A stretch of 64,000 bases of DNA, taken from NCBI GenBank assembly GCA_951406725.2, contig OX597830.1:7750001-7814000 (forward strand), written 5' to 3'. Below, piece after piece: positions 26,393 to 40,789 of the stretch. The notes beneath the pieces were generated by a model, which worked only from the letters and a program-made list of their open reading frames with translations, did not search any database and was not told where the DNA came from. Every line of letters begins with the position of its first letter. The stretch's first letter is position 1. Both the position numbers and the translations under genes were made by a program. Source of the DNA: Octopus vulgaris (Eukaryota).

Positions 26393-26847
26393 CATGCATG
26401 TATGTATGTATAGTAATAGTCGTATTATTTAACTATTTCACTTTTATTTTTACAACTTTATGAAAAAGAAAAATTCGCCTATCAATTGACAGGCGACAGA
26501 TCGTGTCATATCACCATTCCTTGACAGAACTATATATAGATATCTGCTGCATCTTGCATTCAGCACCTCAAAAATATCGAAGCGTTGACAGCCATCTCTT
26601 TTTCCTTTCCTTTCGCAGTTTCATTTTTTTTTTTTTTACCATTCCATCGTATTTTTCTTTTTCCCACATTTAGACCTAATCCACTGACCTGTATCAAACG
26701 AGTGGGTGTCCATGACGTGAAGAAACACTTTTTTTCTCTTTTTTTGTAATGTTTTGCTTTCCACTATATAAATGTTGACAACATTTTTGCGCTAGTTCTA
26801 GCACCGAAGTCATTTTCAATCTTTTTCTAGTCCTATAATTATACAGA

Positions 26848-26910
26848 TTCTTCATTCTACGCATTCTTCATTCTACGCATTCTCCATTCTACGCATTCTT
26901 CATTCTACAC
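26848..26910. repeat. 16-bp tandem repeat x4 (ttcttcattctacgca)
   Basis: Direct reading. Confidence 0.85.
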
Positions 26911-26954
26911 AATAGGTAAGAAAACGTCAAAAACTACATGTAAATCTTTCTCCT

Positions 26955-27147
26955 GTAGGTACAAGGGAAGGGAGGGGGTATAATCGATTATATCGACCCA
27001 GAGAACTGTCGGTACTTATTTTATCGACGACGAAAGGAGGAAAGGTCAATTCGAACTCAGCGGAATTTGAGCTCTGAACGTAAAACCGGAAAAAGTGCTA
27101 CTATGCATTTTGTCCGGTGTGCTAATGACTTTGTCAGCTCACCACCT
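26955..27147 (-). mobile_element. SINE family B, diverged
   Basis: tcgacccagagaactgtcggtacttattttatcgac ... ggaatttgagctctgaacgtaaa. Confidence 0.75.
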
Positions 27148-27183
27148 CAATAATAATGATGATGATGGCAATAATAATAACAT

Positions 27184-27214
<31 letters not shown>

Positions 27215-27394
27215 AAGAAGAAGAAGAAGAAGAAGAAGAAGAAGAACAGCAACAACAACAACACCAACAAATTTGATGATGATGATGATGATGATCACGA
27301 CGACGACGACGATGATGATAATAATAATTTTAATAATAATAATAATGATAATAATAATAATAATGATAATAATAATAATAATGATAATAATAAA

Positions 27395-27935
27395 TGCCCT
27401 GATGCAGCACAAGGCAGTGGCTTCCATGGCTTCTGATGTTAACTGATTGGAAGTGTTATCATTACATTGTTTTGTCTTGGTATAAAAGATGGGCTACAGC
27501 AAATATTATGCTCAATGCCACAGATTTGCTTGTCAGTTGTTTGACCTTAACCAGTTGAGCATGTCTCTTAGTGGCTGACGATATGTGCATCTCTGATCAG
27601 GAGCAGAAGTAGTTGGGGAGCATCATAGCCGTGTGTTGAGAGGAATTCTTTGGGGTTTGAATAATTCACCTTTGGAGACATGGGTGGTTCGTTCAACATC
27701 CTTAAACAACCCTTATTCAGGGACCTTTTGAGCGGGATGGGCTACTGAACCTGAAGAAAATTTCAACTGGGCCACACCTGCAAAGTCATGCGCTGTTTAT
27801 TTTGATATGAGATCACCATGTCTCGCACATATGGTTGTGTACCCTTATCACACGGGTAGTCATGATGGGTATACTGGGCTTCGTATATTTTACTCCAGTG
27901 TCACTTCGATGGCATGCACTGCTCTCTCATTCAAT
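27395..27935 (+). mobile_element. (AAT)n-associated retroposon, copy 2
   Basis: Collinear with 25192-25740; flanked by (AAT)n and (GAT)n. Confidence 0.88.
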
Positions 27936-27945
27936 GATGATGATG

Positions 27946-28032
<87 letters not shown>

Positions 28033-28039
28033 GTAATAC

Positions 28040-28212
28040 ACCTTTCCGCTATAGGCACAAGGCCTGAAATTTTGAGGAGGTGTCTAGTTGATTAAATTCG
28101 ACCCCAGTATTCTCGACACTGAAAGGATAAAAAGCTAAGTCAATCTCAGTGGAATATGAACTCATAACGTAAAGCCGGCAGTACGCTAACGATTCTGCCA
28201 GCTTACCGTCTC
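28040..28212 (-). mobile_element. SINE family B, diverged
   Basis: aggcacaaggcctgaaattttg ... gctaacgattctgccagct. Confidence 0.7.
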
Positions 28213-29375
28213 AAAATGCTACCTAATATAACTGGTGCACACAATAAGTCCTCAGACCAGATCACGTGCATAAAAGCCGCAGTTGAGTAATTTGATGCAG
28301 GATCTTCAGAATCAAGAGTTGGCTATAAGGAGTTTGGAGGTGCTTGGCCTGGTGAAGAAGGTGCTGCACGCATGATGGGCTGATGAGGATGGGCCGAACT
28401 GGACGGTGTCTTGTACTCTTCTGCAAAACACTTCTGAAAAACACTTCATTCCCCGTTGCTCCCCTCCATTCACCCGGCAGAAATGCGTAAACCCTGCGAC
28501 AGACCGGCATCTCATTGATAGAGTTTTTTGATCTCGCTTACTTATACGCCATGAAAACCGGATGACCGGAAAACCGGATGACCTGTTCTGAGAGACACAG
28601 AAATTGAGACAAAAATGTATAGTCAAGTTGAATAACATAACAGATGAACACGTAGGCTGACAATTCCACTTGTATTTTTACGGGTCACAGTCTTGAAGGG
28701 CTTTGGTCGAACAAACTGCAGCGAATATATTTTTTAAAGCCCGGTACTTATTCTATTGGTCTCTTTTGCCTAATCGTTACGTTATAGGAACGTAAACAAA
28801 CCAACACTTTCGGCAAGTCAATAAAAGATTCAATGCGAGTGATCAGGGTGTTTGACTCACAATCGTAGTCTTGACTGTGTTGTGTTTTGTCCTTTAGGTA
28901 GGTACATTATTTCACCTTGTTCCAAGTTTTTTCAACTGAAAATGAGTCCCAACAAAATTCTGCGGTTTCCCGCTTCCTCTTTCAGGTTCCGCATCCTCCA
29001 TGTTCCGCTGCAACACATAGTGAGAAGACAGAGGAGATGGCAGAGTCTGCTCGCAACTACAGACACATTTGAAGCAAGTACCAAGATATACAAGTACCAA
29101 GTCGCTTGCCAGTGACGACTGAGCATATGTGCGTGTGTGTGTGTGTGTGTGTGTGTGCGTGTGTGTGTGCGTATGTGTGTCCGTGTCTGTGTGTATGTGT
29201 GGCTGTAGGGATGGAGGAATATGTTGAACGTTCTGGATGATTCAAAGAATGATATAAATTAGACCCAGAGAGTAGTTAGACGAATTCTTCAGATTTGTAC
29301 CAGTAACACAGTCTATTCAAATGAAAATCATTCACGCATACATACACAAACATACACACATACACACATACACAC

Positions 29376-29414
<39 letters not shown>

Positions 29415-29543
29415 CAAACATATATATGTACATATATAAATAGGTAGATATAGGCAGGTAGATAAACGCATGTGAGTGCGTATGTATGCATTATGTACGT
29501 AGGTATGAATGTATGTATATATGTATGTATGAATGTATATATA

Positions 29544-29579
<36 letters not shown>

Positions 29580-30002
29580 TGTATGTATGTATGTATGTAT
29601 GCATATGTGTATGTAAGCTTGCATGCATATATATGTACAAAATAAAAGTGACAATTAAAGACAGTCCACTTCGGCCGATATCCATAGCAGCCTCATTTCC
29701 TCTCGTCTGTAATTCTTTCAAGTCCATTCCATGTAATACCATTTCGACTCTTTATTAACATTAAATTCTTCCACTTTTTTTTGATTTTCTTGTTGCTTTC
29801 ACTTTTTCTTTTCTCATTCCTTTCTTTCTTCTCTTCGTTTTTTTTTCCTTCGCTCTTTGATTCCATTTCGTTATATTTTATGTTCCACCAAAACTGCCCA
29901 ACCATTTGACTAAGACTGATATGCATATACATACACAGATAGACACGCCCGAATATATCTACACACACACGCACACACACACATATATATATATATATAC
30001 AC

Positions 30003-30036
<34 letters not shown>

Positions 30037-30108
30037 GTGTGTATATATATATATATGTATATATATATACATACATACATATATATATATATAATACATA
30101 TACATATA

Positions 30109-30165
<57 letters not shown>

Positions 30166-30753
30166 ATACATATACACATGCATGCATACACCTGCGTTTC
30201 AGAATCTCCATTTCCTTGAATTTCATTTGGAAGCTACCATTAAACCGGAAATTACCACTCCAATCTTCCCCGGTCTGGTTTCCGGTTCCAGCCCAGCAGA
30301 GGTAGGAAAAAAAATTATCATTTCTTTTCTTTCGTTCATTTTTTTTTCTTCTTTCCATTTTTACTCTTCTCTCTTTTTTTTTCTAATGATTTTTTTTTTC
30401 CATATTTCAATTTTTAGTTCTTTAATGTCTTACATTTGATCTGAGTATTTTTCTTTTTCTTTCTTTTTTATTTCGCTTCTTAAAAATTGTTCGATAACAA
30501 GCTTGCTTTAGTTTCAAAGCGATGGTTTGGAAAAGAAGAAAGAAGAAAATTATTAAATAAATAAATATATAAAAAGAAAAATAATAAAAAAAAAGCAGTG
30601 AACAACGTTACTGGCTATTTATAAGAATTTAATTTTATTTCTTCGAAACAAAAACAACTACAACAACAAACTAAAGTAAAATAATTAAAAAAAAACAATC
30701 AGACAAACAGAAGCAAAGATTAGTTAAAAGATTAAAATGCTTGAATTAATAAA

Positions 30754-30783
30754 AATAATAATAATAGTAGTAATAATAATAAC

Positions 30784-30850
<67 letters not shown>

Positions 30851-31016
30851 GTAACAAAAAAATAAGAGTAGCAACAACTATGAAAATATGTCATAATTTT
30901 AATGATAATATTATTAATATTGATAACATTACCAAGTTTGATGATAATAATAGTAATGATATTTATAACGGTAATCAGGATGATATTGATTAATAATAAT
31001 AATTATGATGATGATG

Positions 31017-31077
<61 letters not shown>

Positions 31078-31165
31078 CACAAAAAATAACTATTATAATA
31101 ATAGTAAGAATAAATATAACAAAGATGAATATATGATAAAATATTTCATAATAATAATAATAATA

Positions 31166-31235
<70 letters not shown>

Positions 31236-31246
31236 TAATAATAATG

Positions 31247-31325
<79 letters not shown>

Positions 31326-31341
31326 TAATAATAATAATAAT
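30754..31341. repeat. (AAT)n microsatellite cluster
   Basis: Several long AAT runs. Confidence 0.95.
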
Positions 31342-31921
31342 ATTGATGTGGATGATGTGGATGATGTTGATGATGATGTTATGTGGTTAATGTAATGATA
31401 ATGATGGCGATAGTAGTGATATCTTTTGGTTTGTAAAAATGTAGAGAGAGAAGAAAACAGAGACATTTTTTTGCTAAATGCGAAGGTCTGGAAATAGAAA
31501 TAAGCAGAAAATGTTTGAAATTATGGTCAAAAGAAACTATTTCTATGATCAGAAGGATCCCGAAAAGCAATTAAAACCGAAACCCGAAATCAAAGATGCA
31601 ATGAAAACAAAACAAAAAAAAAAAACAGAAAAGAAAGTTTTTATAAAATGTGCAGTAAACGAAAATACCGATATGAACGAAACTTGAGGTAAACCTCCAA
31701 TACGTGATCTTGAAAATGTAGTATTCCAATGGAGTGCATCCTTTAGTAAAGATTCAAGGACTGACAACAAAAAATCAAACGGAAAGAAATGAAGGTTTAT
31801 ATAACAACAGACAAATTTGTTTTAATGTTGATTCTAATACTACACTGAGAGTGTTCCATATTTATCCTACCTTGATTAAAGTGCACAGCAGGATCAACAA
31901 TAACACGCCTGTTAAAACAAA

Positions 31922-31953
<32 letters not shown>

Positions 31954-32065
31954 GCAACGGACTTGAAAGTGCGAATGTGTTCCAATCACGAATAGCCAAC
32001 GAGAAAGAAGAATACTCTACATGGAATTACTTGGTCAGCTCCACTGTGAAACTAACAACTTAAAC

Positions 32066-32660
32066 CACCAGGAAGCATCATGGAGGTGGCTCAGCGAAGG
32101 TGACCTTAAAAAGAAGACTGAAAGCTAAATCATCGCTGCCTAGGTTCAGGCATTGAACACCAACTCAATGAAAACGGATGTATACCACACGAGTGCAACG
32201 AACCCCGGCAGAGTGTGTGGGAAGAGGGTCGAAAGCGTTACTCACATTGTTAGTGCTTGTGAAAGTCTTGAGCAGAGACGACAAGGAAGCCGAAAACCGT
32301 CACTGGCCACTCTGCAGGGAGTATGGATGAGGTAACGGGTGTTTGGTACCAACATTCAGTGGAAAAGGTAATGGACGAAAAAAGGAGGGCAAACATCCTC
32401 TGGGACTTTGACTTCAAGACAGACAAAATGCTAGAGCACCGAAGGCCGGATATAGTAGCCTTTAAGAGAGACAAACAAGAGTGTCAAACAATCTAAGCGG
32501 CAGCACCAGATCAACATATTATCATGAAAGAAAAAGACAAGATTGATAACTGTGGATAAATGGTAGTTAAGAGAGCTATGATGTGGCAGTTACGAGAGTC
32601 AAACATAAAGGTTGTCCCTATTGTCAGCGGAGCATTCAATACCACCCAACCTGAAGAAAC
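32066..32660 (+). mobile_element. R4/Dong-clade non-LTR retrotransposon, C-terminal zinc-knuckle and RLE remnant
   Basis: SWRWLSEGDLKKKTES*IIAA*VQALNTN, RVCGKRVESVTHIVSAC, ILWDFDFKTDKMLEHRRPDIV and KVVPIVSGA; stops and frameshifts are present. Confidence 0.88.
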
Positions 32661-32737
32661 TTTATGGACAAACCTCCGCTAGATACAATATCTTCAATCA
32701 ACATCACGATATTGGATATTGCGCAACATCTTAAATG

Positions 32738-33685
<948 letters not shown>

Positions 33686-33691
33686 AACTCA

Positions 33692-34122
33692 AGATTTGCC
33701 AATAATCCAGTTGTTTGACCTTAACCAGTTGAGCATGCCCCTTAGTGGCTGACGATATGTGCATCTCTGATCACGAGCAGAAGTAGTGGGGGAGCATCAT
33801 AGCCATGTGTTGAGAAGGATTCTTTGGGGTTTGAATAATTCACCTCTGGAAACATAGGTGTTTCGTTCAACGTCCTTAAACAACCCTTATTCAGGGACCT
33901 TTTGAGCGGGATGGGTTACTCGATCTGAAGAAAATTCTAACTGGGCTCCACCTGCAAGGTCATGTGCTGTTTATCTTGATATGAGATCACCATGTCGCGC
34001 ACATATGGTTGTGATGCATGTGCCTGGTGTACCCTTATCAGACGGGTAGTCATGATGGGTATACTGGGCTTCGTATATTTTACCCCAGTGTCACTTTGAT
34101 GGCATGCTCTGCTCGCTCACTC

Positions 34123-34125
<3 letters not shown>
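33692..34125 (+). mobile_element. (AAT)n-associated retroposon, copy 4 (5'-truncated, apparently identical to copy 3)
   Basis: From cagttgtttgacc onward it reads the same as 33193-33611. Confidence 0.88.
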
Positions 34126-34205
<80 letters not shown>

Positions 34206-34236
34206 CGACAACAACAATAATAATAATAATAATAAC

Positions 34237-34684
34237 TGCCATTGATGCAGTACCAGGCAGTGGCTCTTATGGCTTCTGATCATAACTGATTGGAAGTGTT
34301 ATCATGTACATTGTTTTGCCTTGGTATAAAAGATGGGTTACAGCAAATATTCTGCTTAATACCACAGATTTGCTTATCAGTTGTTTGACTTTAACTAGTT
34401 GAGCATTACTATTGAGTGAGAGAGTCGTGCATGCCATCAAAGTGGCACTGGGGTAAAATGCACAAAGCCCAGCAGACCTATCGTGACTACCCGTCTGTTT
34501 AGGGTACACCAGGTACATGCATCACAACCATATATGCGTGACATGGCATCAAAACCATATGTGCGTGACATGGTATTGAGCAGAATATTTGCTGTAGACC
34601 ATCTTTTATACCAAGACGAAACAATGTACATGACATCACTTCCAATCAGTTAAGATCAGAAGCTATGAGAGCCACTGCCTGGTG
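34237..34684. mobile_element. Two (AAT)n-retroposon pieces in opposite orientation (+ 34237-34405; - 34409-34684)
   Basis: A head on the + strand, then an internally deleted copy on the minus strand. Confidence 0.8.
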
Positions 34685-34715
34685 TTTATTTTTATCATTA
34701 TTATTATCATTAATT

Positions 34716-35050
34716 AAGGTGGTGAGTTGTAAGAAACTTTAGCACATCGGTCAAAATTCTTAGCGCCATTCCGTCAGTCTTTACGTTCTGAGTTGAAATT
34801 TTCCCCCAGAGTTGACTTTGCCCTTTTTCCTTTCGAGGTCGATAAAAATAAGTACCAGTTGCTCACTAGGACCAACGCAATCGACTCGACCGTTCCCGCA
34901 CCCTGGACGAAGTGCTTGGCGGTATTTCGCACTTCGCTACGTTCTGAGTTCAAATTCCACCGGGTTCGATAAATTAAATACCAGTTACATACTGGGGTCG
35001 ATATAATCGACTGCTCCTCCCCTAAAATGTCAGGCCTTATGTCTATAGAA
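34716..35050 (+). mobile_element. SINE family B, two tandem copies
   Basis: aaggtggtgagttg...ttacgttctgagtt...gtcgataaaaataagtaccag, repeated from about 34905. Confidence 0.78.
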
Positions 35051-35204
35051 GAATCTGTGGAGAAATGAGACGAAAGTACTAACCACCTGTTGAGTGAACG
35101 TTGTAAGTAAAAAAAGAGTACATTGAGATGTTAGTTGAATCCTTGGATTCAAAAACAGAAAAGTGATATGGAGAAGGGCCAGAGACTGTGAGAGAGAACA
35201 AAAA

Positions 35205-35410
35205 TAGTTTCAAATTATGGCACAAGGCCAGCAATTCAGGGGGATGGTTTATGTCGATTACATCAACCTCAGTATTCAGCTGGTACTTATTTCATCGACT
35301 CGAAACGATGAAAGGGAAAGTCGTCCTCGAGGATACTTAAACTCAGAACGTAAAGACGGATGGAAAAACCGCAAATCATTTTGCCGGGCGTTCGAACGAT
35401 TCTGCCATCG
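35205..35410 (-). mobile_element. SINE family B
   Basis: tttcaaattatggcacaaggccagc ... aactcagaacgtaaagacgga ... cgattctgcca. Confidence 0.8.
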
Positions 35411-35414
35411 TGTC

Positions 35415-35780
35415 GGGGTTTTATGGAATTCCCATAAAGACTGACCATCTTTTATTGAAGCAAGAAGACCAGACGTGATAATAAAGGTTAAAAGAAAGAA
35501 ACAGCGTAAGATCAAATTCTTTGCTGTACCGTTTCAAAGAAACTGAAAGATTAGAATTCTCAGAAATTAGGATTATCAGAACCTACGCTGATAGACGAAG
35601 AGACTGTGGAAGACTAAGACAACGATTGTCATTGGAGTGATTGGTGCACTTGGTATGGCACCAAAACCGCTACCTAAGAGTCAGCAGGATATGTGCACAA
35701 ATGTGCCATCCTGCATTCTGCAAAAATCCTAAGAGAGGTTCTTGTGATTTGAGGAGGCCTGTTCTCATCAAACTTCAAGA
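35415..35780 (+). mobile_element. R4/Dong-clade RLE remnant, degenerate
   Basis: IEARRPDVII, KRLWKTKTTIVIGVIGALGMAPK and CAILHSAKILREVL. Confidence 0.75.
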
Positions 35781-35816
35781 CGTCATCGGTGCTAATATAG
35801 GATATAGCGGGCGGGA

Positions 35817-36060
35817 GAAGAAGAAGAAGAAGAAGAAGAAGAAGAAGAAGAAGAAGAAGAAGAAGAAGAAGAAGAAGAAGAAGAAAAGGAAGAAGAAGAA
35901 GAAAAGGAAGAAGAAGAAGAAGAAGAAGAAGAAGAAGAAAAAAAGGAAGAAGAAGAAGAAGAAGAAGAAGAATGAGAAGAATGAGAAGAAGAAAAAAAAG
36001 AAGAAGAAAAGGAAGAAGAAGAAGAAGAAAAAAAAGAAGAAGAAGAAGACGAAGAAGAAG
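35817..36060. repeat. (AAG)n microsatellite
   Basis: Direct reading. Confidence 0.95.
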
Positions 36061-36202
36061 AATCGCTTCAAACCTTGAACAATTTTAGGAGAGGGTTTGT
36101 TGATTCCATCGGCCTTAGCATTTATTGTTACTCATACATATATTGTCTATACATGCACACACAAAAACACACACATACATACATATACATACATACAAAC
36201 GA

Positions 36203-36550
<348 letters not shown>

Positions 36551-37313
36551 GTATTTCGCAAGAATTGCATGCAAATACACACGCAAAGAGTTGCGTTCGC
36601 CCAACTGTTGAAAGAAAGTGAATGTTCAAAGTGGGAATGGACAGCATGAAGAGCAAAGGCAAGAATGGGCAGTTAAAGACACCGTTTCCAGTAGACGTCA
36701 TTAATTCTGATGTCTCTTAGACATGCTGCTCTTAGAATATCGATCACATTAATTCTGAAACCAAGCAAACAACACACGCATACGTAAACACCCACACACT
36801 CACATAGACTTGTTCAGACGCATATTTGCAATCAGTCACGTATACACGGGTGCACAGCCTCATGCAAACACGCACGCACACCTCTATGAAGAGATTCTCG
36901 ACTCAGTACACGTAACACTTCTATTTCAACGAATCCAAAGTGCACAAACATACACATAAATATACTACACGCACGCACAGCATAGACACACACACACACA
37001 TATATATAACTATATATGTGTATGTATTTCCGACCACTTAAGGTCACTGGAGAAAAAGATGAAGCAAATAAACAGCATAATTAAAGACAGCATGAAATTT
37101 TTCCTATCAATTTTCGAAGCAGTAGGCAGAGCGCCATTGACGTCACAGATCACGTGGCACGCGACTATCCTGTCTCTCCTTCCAAAACGACGACCAAACA
37201 TCGCTAAAGGCTGTTGTGTCCACATTTCTAAATCTAGCGCGAGACTATGATATCAAAGTAAGTACACATCACATTTGCGTGTGGGGCGGGGGTGCATATA
37301 AATATATAGGTGT

Positions 37314-37349
<36 letters not shown>

Positions 37350-37394
37350 CTATACACAAATGCACCCGTATATATATGTTTGCATATATATATG

Positions 37395-37441
<47 letters not shown>

Positions 37442-37507
37442 CATACATACATACATACATACATACATACATACATACATACATACATACATACATACAT
37501 ACACACA

Positions 37508-38109
37508 CAGGGTGTTCAAAAAGTCTCTCCGCAGTAAGTATTTTATTGCAAAATAAATATTTTACAAGATGGTATAAGACTACAAAAGAATATATTAGAC
37601 TTCACAAGACTTTAAAAAAACTTTATAAAAGATGTTGAAAGTGTTGTCCTTCATTTTCAATACATAAAATTTAAATTCTTTTTTACTGCCGTATGAGCAC
37701 TTCCTCAGATGATTTCCGCTTCATGTGACAATTTGACGGGTTTACCAACAGTTTATCAGAAATATTAGAGAGTGTTTCATCTGAAAGAACAGAAGGCGTA
37801 CCGCTTCTTGCTGCGTCTTCCACTCAGCCTATGTTTCTAAATTTTCTTATCAAATCCTTGCACAGTGTCACGATGTGGAACAACAGTATTTGGAAAAGTT
37901 TCACTGAACTTCTGTTTCACAGTATTTGTGTATTTGTTTCCAGCTCGAAACACCCATTCAACTAAAAAAAAGGTACGTTCTTCAATGGTTAGAAGGGTAC
38001 ACAATCATTGAGGGACAATGGCTGACACCCGGCCGGCCACGTAGTGATAGCCAAGTTGCGCATGAACAGGATGAAAAATTCACTGCGTAGAGACCTTTTG
38101 AACATTCTC
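37508..38109 (-). mobile_element. Internally deleted mariner (rosa/DD41D-like, DUF4817-type HTH) with both TIRs
   Basis: TIRs CAGGGTGTTCAAAAAGTCTCTCCGCAGT (37508-37535) and reverse complement AGAATGTTCAAAAGGTCTCTACGCAGT (38082-38108). Minus-strand LTIEERTF..KQKFSETFPNTVVPHRDTV..LIRKFRNIG*VEDAARSGTPS and C-terminal [12 protein letters not shown]. Confidence 0.85.
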
Positions 38110-38308
38110 TCTATATATAAAAGAAGTGTGTATAATTATGAATAAATCACTATTATAACGGAGAGGGTTGCAAAAAGACCCTTACATGTCTAGAAATAGC
38201 AACCAAAACTGCTATAAAGCCACAATAACCACTGATATTTTATCTCTTCATTATAAAGTTGTCGGCAGGCGACATGACATAATATTCAAAACTTAAATAA
38301 AAAGTTAG

Positions 38309-38368
38309 TCTTCTATTGCAATTTCGAAGTTAGGAACCAAAACAGTTCCACTCTTCTCTTCAGGAGAA
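38309..38368 (-). ncRNA. Type I hammerhead ribozyme motif with a palindromic stem III
   Basis: UUCUC-CUGAAGA-GAAG(agu GGAAC uguuuug GUUCC uaa)CUUC-GAA-AUUGCAAU-A-GAAGA; stem I has one mismatch. Confidence 0.65.
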
Positions 38369-38689
38369 CATTCAATGTAGATACAAATTAACATGAAAAA
38401 ACAAACCTTAGGGCTTCCATCTGTCCTGACCGGCAAGAATAATGTGTCGACCTCTATCTACACAATTCATATTCTGAATCCCAACGTCATGCACGGCGTT
38501 TATAAGAAAAAACCCAGGAAATCGAGCCACAGCGATAAACTGTGGAAAATGAAATAATTAAAGAAGAATGTAAAAATACATTACGAAAGATATATCGTAA
38601 AGAATTCATAATTATTTACGAATATATTAATGGCCAAACGTGTAATCAAAACTTTCATAAAAGTGTGTATAATTATGAATAAATATAAA

Positions 38690-38960
38690 TATAAATAAGG
38701 CCCAATTGGTTTCAACAAGAAATTGCCAGACATACCTAAGACACCAGAAACACTAACAGAAACAACCCCCAAAAGAAACATCATCTGGTTCAACCCACTC
38801 TTCACCCTAAATGTAGCAAGGAATATAGAACACACCTTATTCAATAGAAATAATACAAACATTTCTAGAGCTGCATAGAAGACATAAAACACACGCCACG
38901 TGTCACGAACAATAACATATAAAAAATCATGCGAAACAAAACTGCAGATTCATACAACTT
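38690..38960 (+). mobile_element. Naiad-type PLE fragment
   Basis: PKRNIIWFNPLFTLNVARNIE ... FNRNNT matches the RNIIWFNPPFS..V.TN and IFNRN motifs. Confidence 0.7.
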
Positions 38961-39775
38961 TAAAATAACAACCTGGTCATTACATGTAAACTGTTTTCAA
39001 GTAAGCATAGTCTAAAAAGCAAGCCTGTTGGAAATTGAACAAACCTAAAAAACAACATCGAGACTACTTGTGACACCTTTAAGAACAGTTACACACAGTA
39101 AATACACATACATAGAATCCTCTGTGTGTCACTGAAATATAACGGATAATTACACAAAACGCACACTCTAGACAAGAGGGATGAAACCAAATCTCCTTAA
39201 CTTGATGACATTTAGAGCAAGCTTTCACTCATTTGTGGCTTTGCGATAACATAAACAGGACTCACTACGATCGCTTTCAAAGTCCGATGCAACCAACATT
39301 TACACTTGTTCAAATTGTGAGGCAGAAAATTGAAGCTATTTATCACAACATTTAGAAAAAAAGGAGATAAATAAACGTCTTCTTCTAATGTAGAACAAAG
39401 TAACTTCGTACACAAAGATAATTAGATTTTGCTGGTTATGTTTAACTGAAAAAAAAAAAAACAGATTCTGAAACGGCCAGCAAGATAGCACCTCTTTTCT
39501 TTTAATGACACAAATGACAAATTCTTTTTGGCAGCTTTTCTCCAGAATACCCACGATATTTCCAAATTCTTAAAAATTGGTAAATATAAAATTCTAAAGT
39601 GGAGTAGTTTACTTTGTCTCTCATAGATTAACCAGTGCTCTAGCAAATACTCATTGAGATTACGTGCTAACAACTTTCACAAGAACATTATGCTTGCTAC
39701 TACTGGAGTAAACTCCCTAATGTGAAAATATTCATCTAGTTCCTCACGAGCAATAGATTTCAGCTCGACATCACG

Positions 39776-39867
39776 TGGTAATCATCACATAGTAATCATT
39801 CCATGGTAATCATCACATAGTAATCATTCCATGGTAATCATTCCATGGTAATCATTACATAGCAATC
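39776..39867. repeat. Short tandem repeat built from ~14-bp (t)ggtaatcattcca / tagtaatcatcaca-type units
   Basis: tggtaatcatcacatagtaatcattcca occurs twice, plus partial units. Confidence 0.8.
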
Positions 39868-40231
39868 AAACATAAATTTGCTTTGATAGCCTTAGCATAT
39901 TTTTTTCCAAATCCAGAAACGCACATCTATATTCACCGATAAACCTTTAAAAATTTGGTTTCCATAAGACATGAAACGAGACAACAGCTAATTTCAAAGT
40001 TCATTTATCTAAAAACACGTGATAACTTAATATAGTGAAATTTGTGGAAATAATTTTATTTGATAAAACAATTTTTTGTTAATTATAAAAGAAACAGTGA
40101 CCTTTGACCTGAATGACAAGAGAATTGCACCAGCATACTTATATGTGTGTGTGTGTGTATTTATGTACATACACAAGTAAATGCCTCTCGGTGTGTGTGT
40201 GTGTGAGTGTGTGTGTGTGTATCTTTAAATA

Positions 40232-40640
40232 TAGGTGGGGCTGTGTGTGGTAAAAAGCTTCCTTACCAACCACATGGTTCCGAGTTCAGTTCCACTGCAC
40301 GGCACGTTCGACCAAAGCCTTGTGAGTGGATTTGGTAGACAGAAACTGAGAGAAGCCCGTAGTATATAGATGTCTGTGTGTGTGACTGCGCGCGTGTGTT
40401 GTGCACGTGCGCGCGCGTGTGTGTGTGTGTATGTATGTATATGTTCGTGTATGTGTTTGTCCCCCCACCATCACTTGACAACCGATGTCGGTGTGTTTAC
40501 GTCCCCATAACTTAGCGATTCGACAAATGGGCCCAATAGAATAAGTATTAGGCTTACAAAGAAATGGTCCAGGGGTCGAGTCGTTCGACTAAAAGCGATA
40601 CTCCAGCATAGCCGCAGACAAATTACTGAAACAAGTAAAA
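40232..40640 (+). mobile_element. SINE family A, near full-length
   Basis: ggctgtgtgtggtaa ... GAGTTCAGTTCC ... actgaaacaagtaaaa. Confidence 0.87.
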
Positions 40641-40728
40641 TAAATACGTATATGATATATGGTACTGGACCATCGCTTTTTCAAGGCGGTACTCCAGCAT
40701 GGACGCAGGCAAATACAATATATATGTA

Positions 40729-40773
<45 letters not shown>

Positions 40774-40789
40774 TACATAATGTATATGT

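Noticed and set aside
28376-28412. CTGATGA-gg..cc-GAACT
   Set aside because: GAAC instead of GAAA, a 2-bp stem II and no stem I or III pairing.
40098-40110. Perfect DR1 TGACCTTTGACCT
   Set aside because: A single short motif that is common in molluscan repeats; no supporting context.
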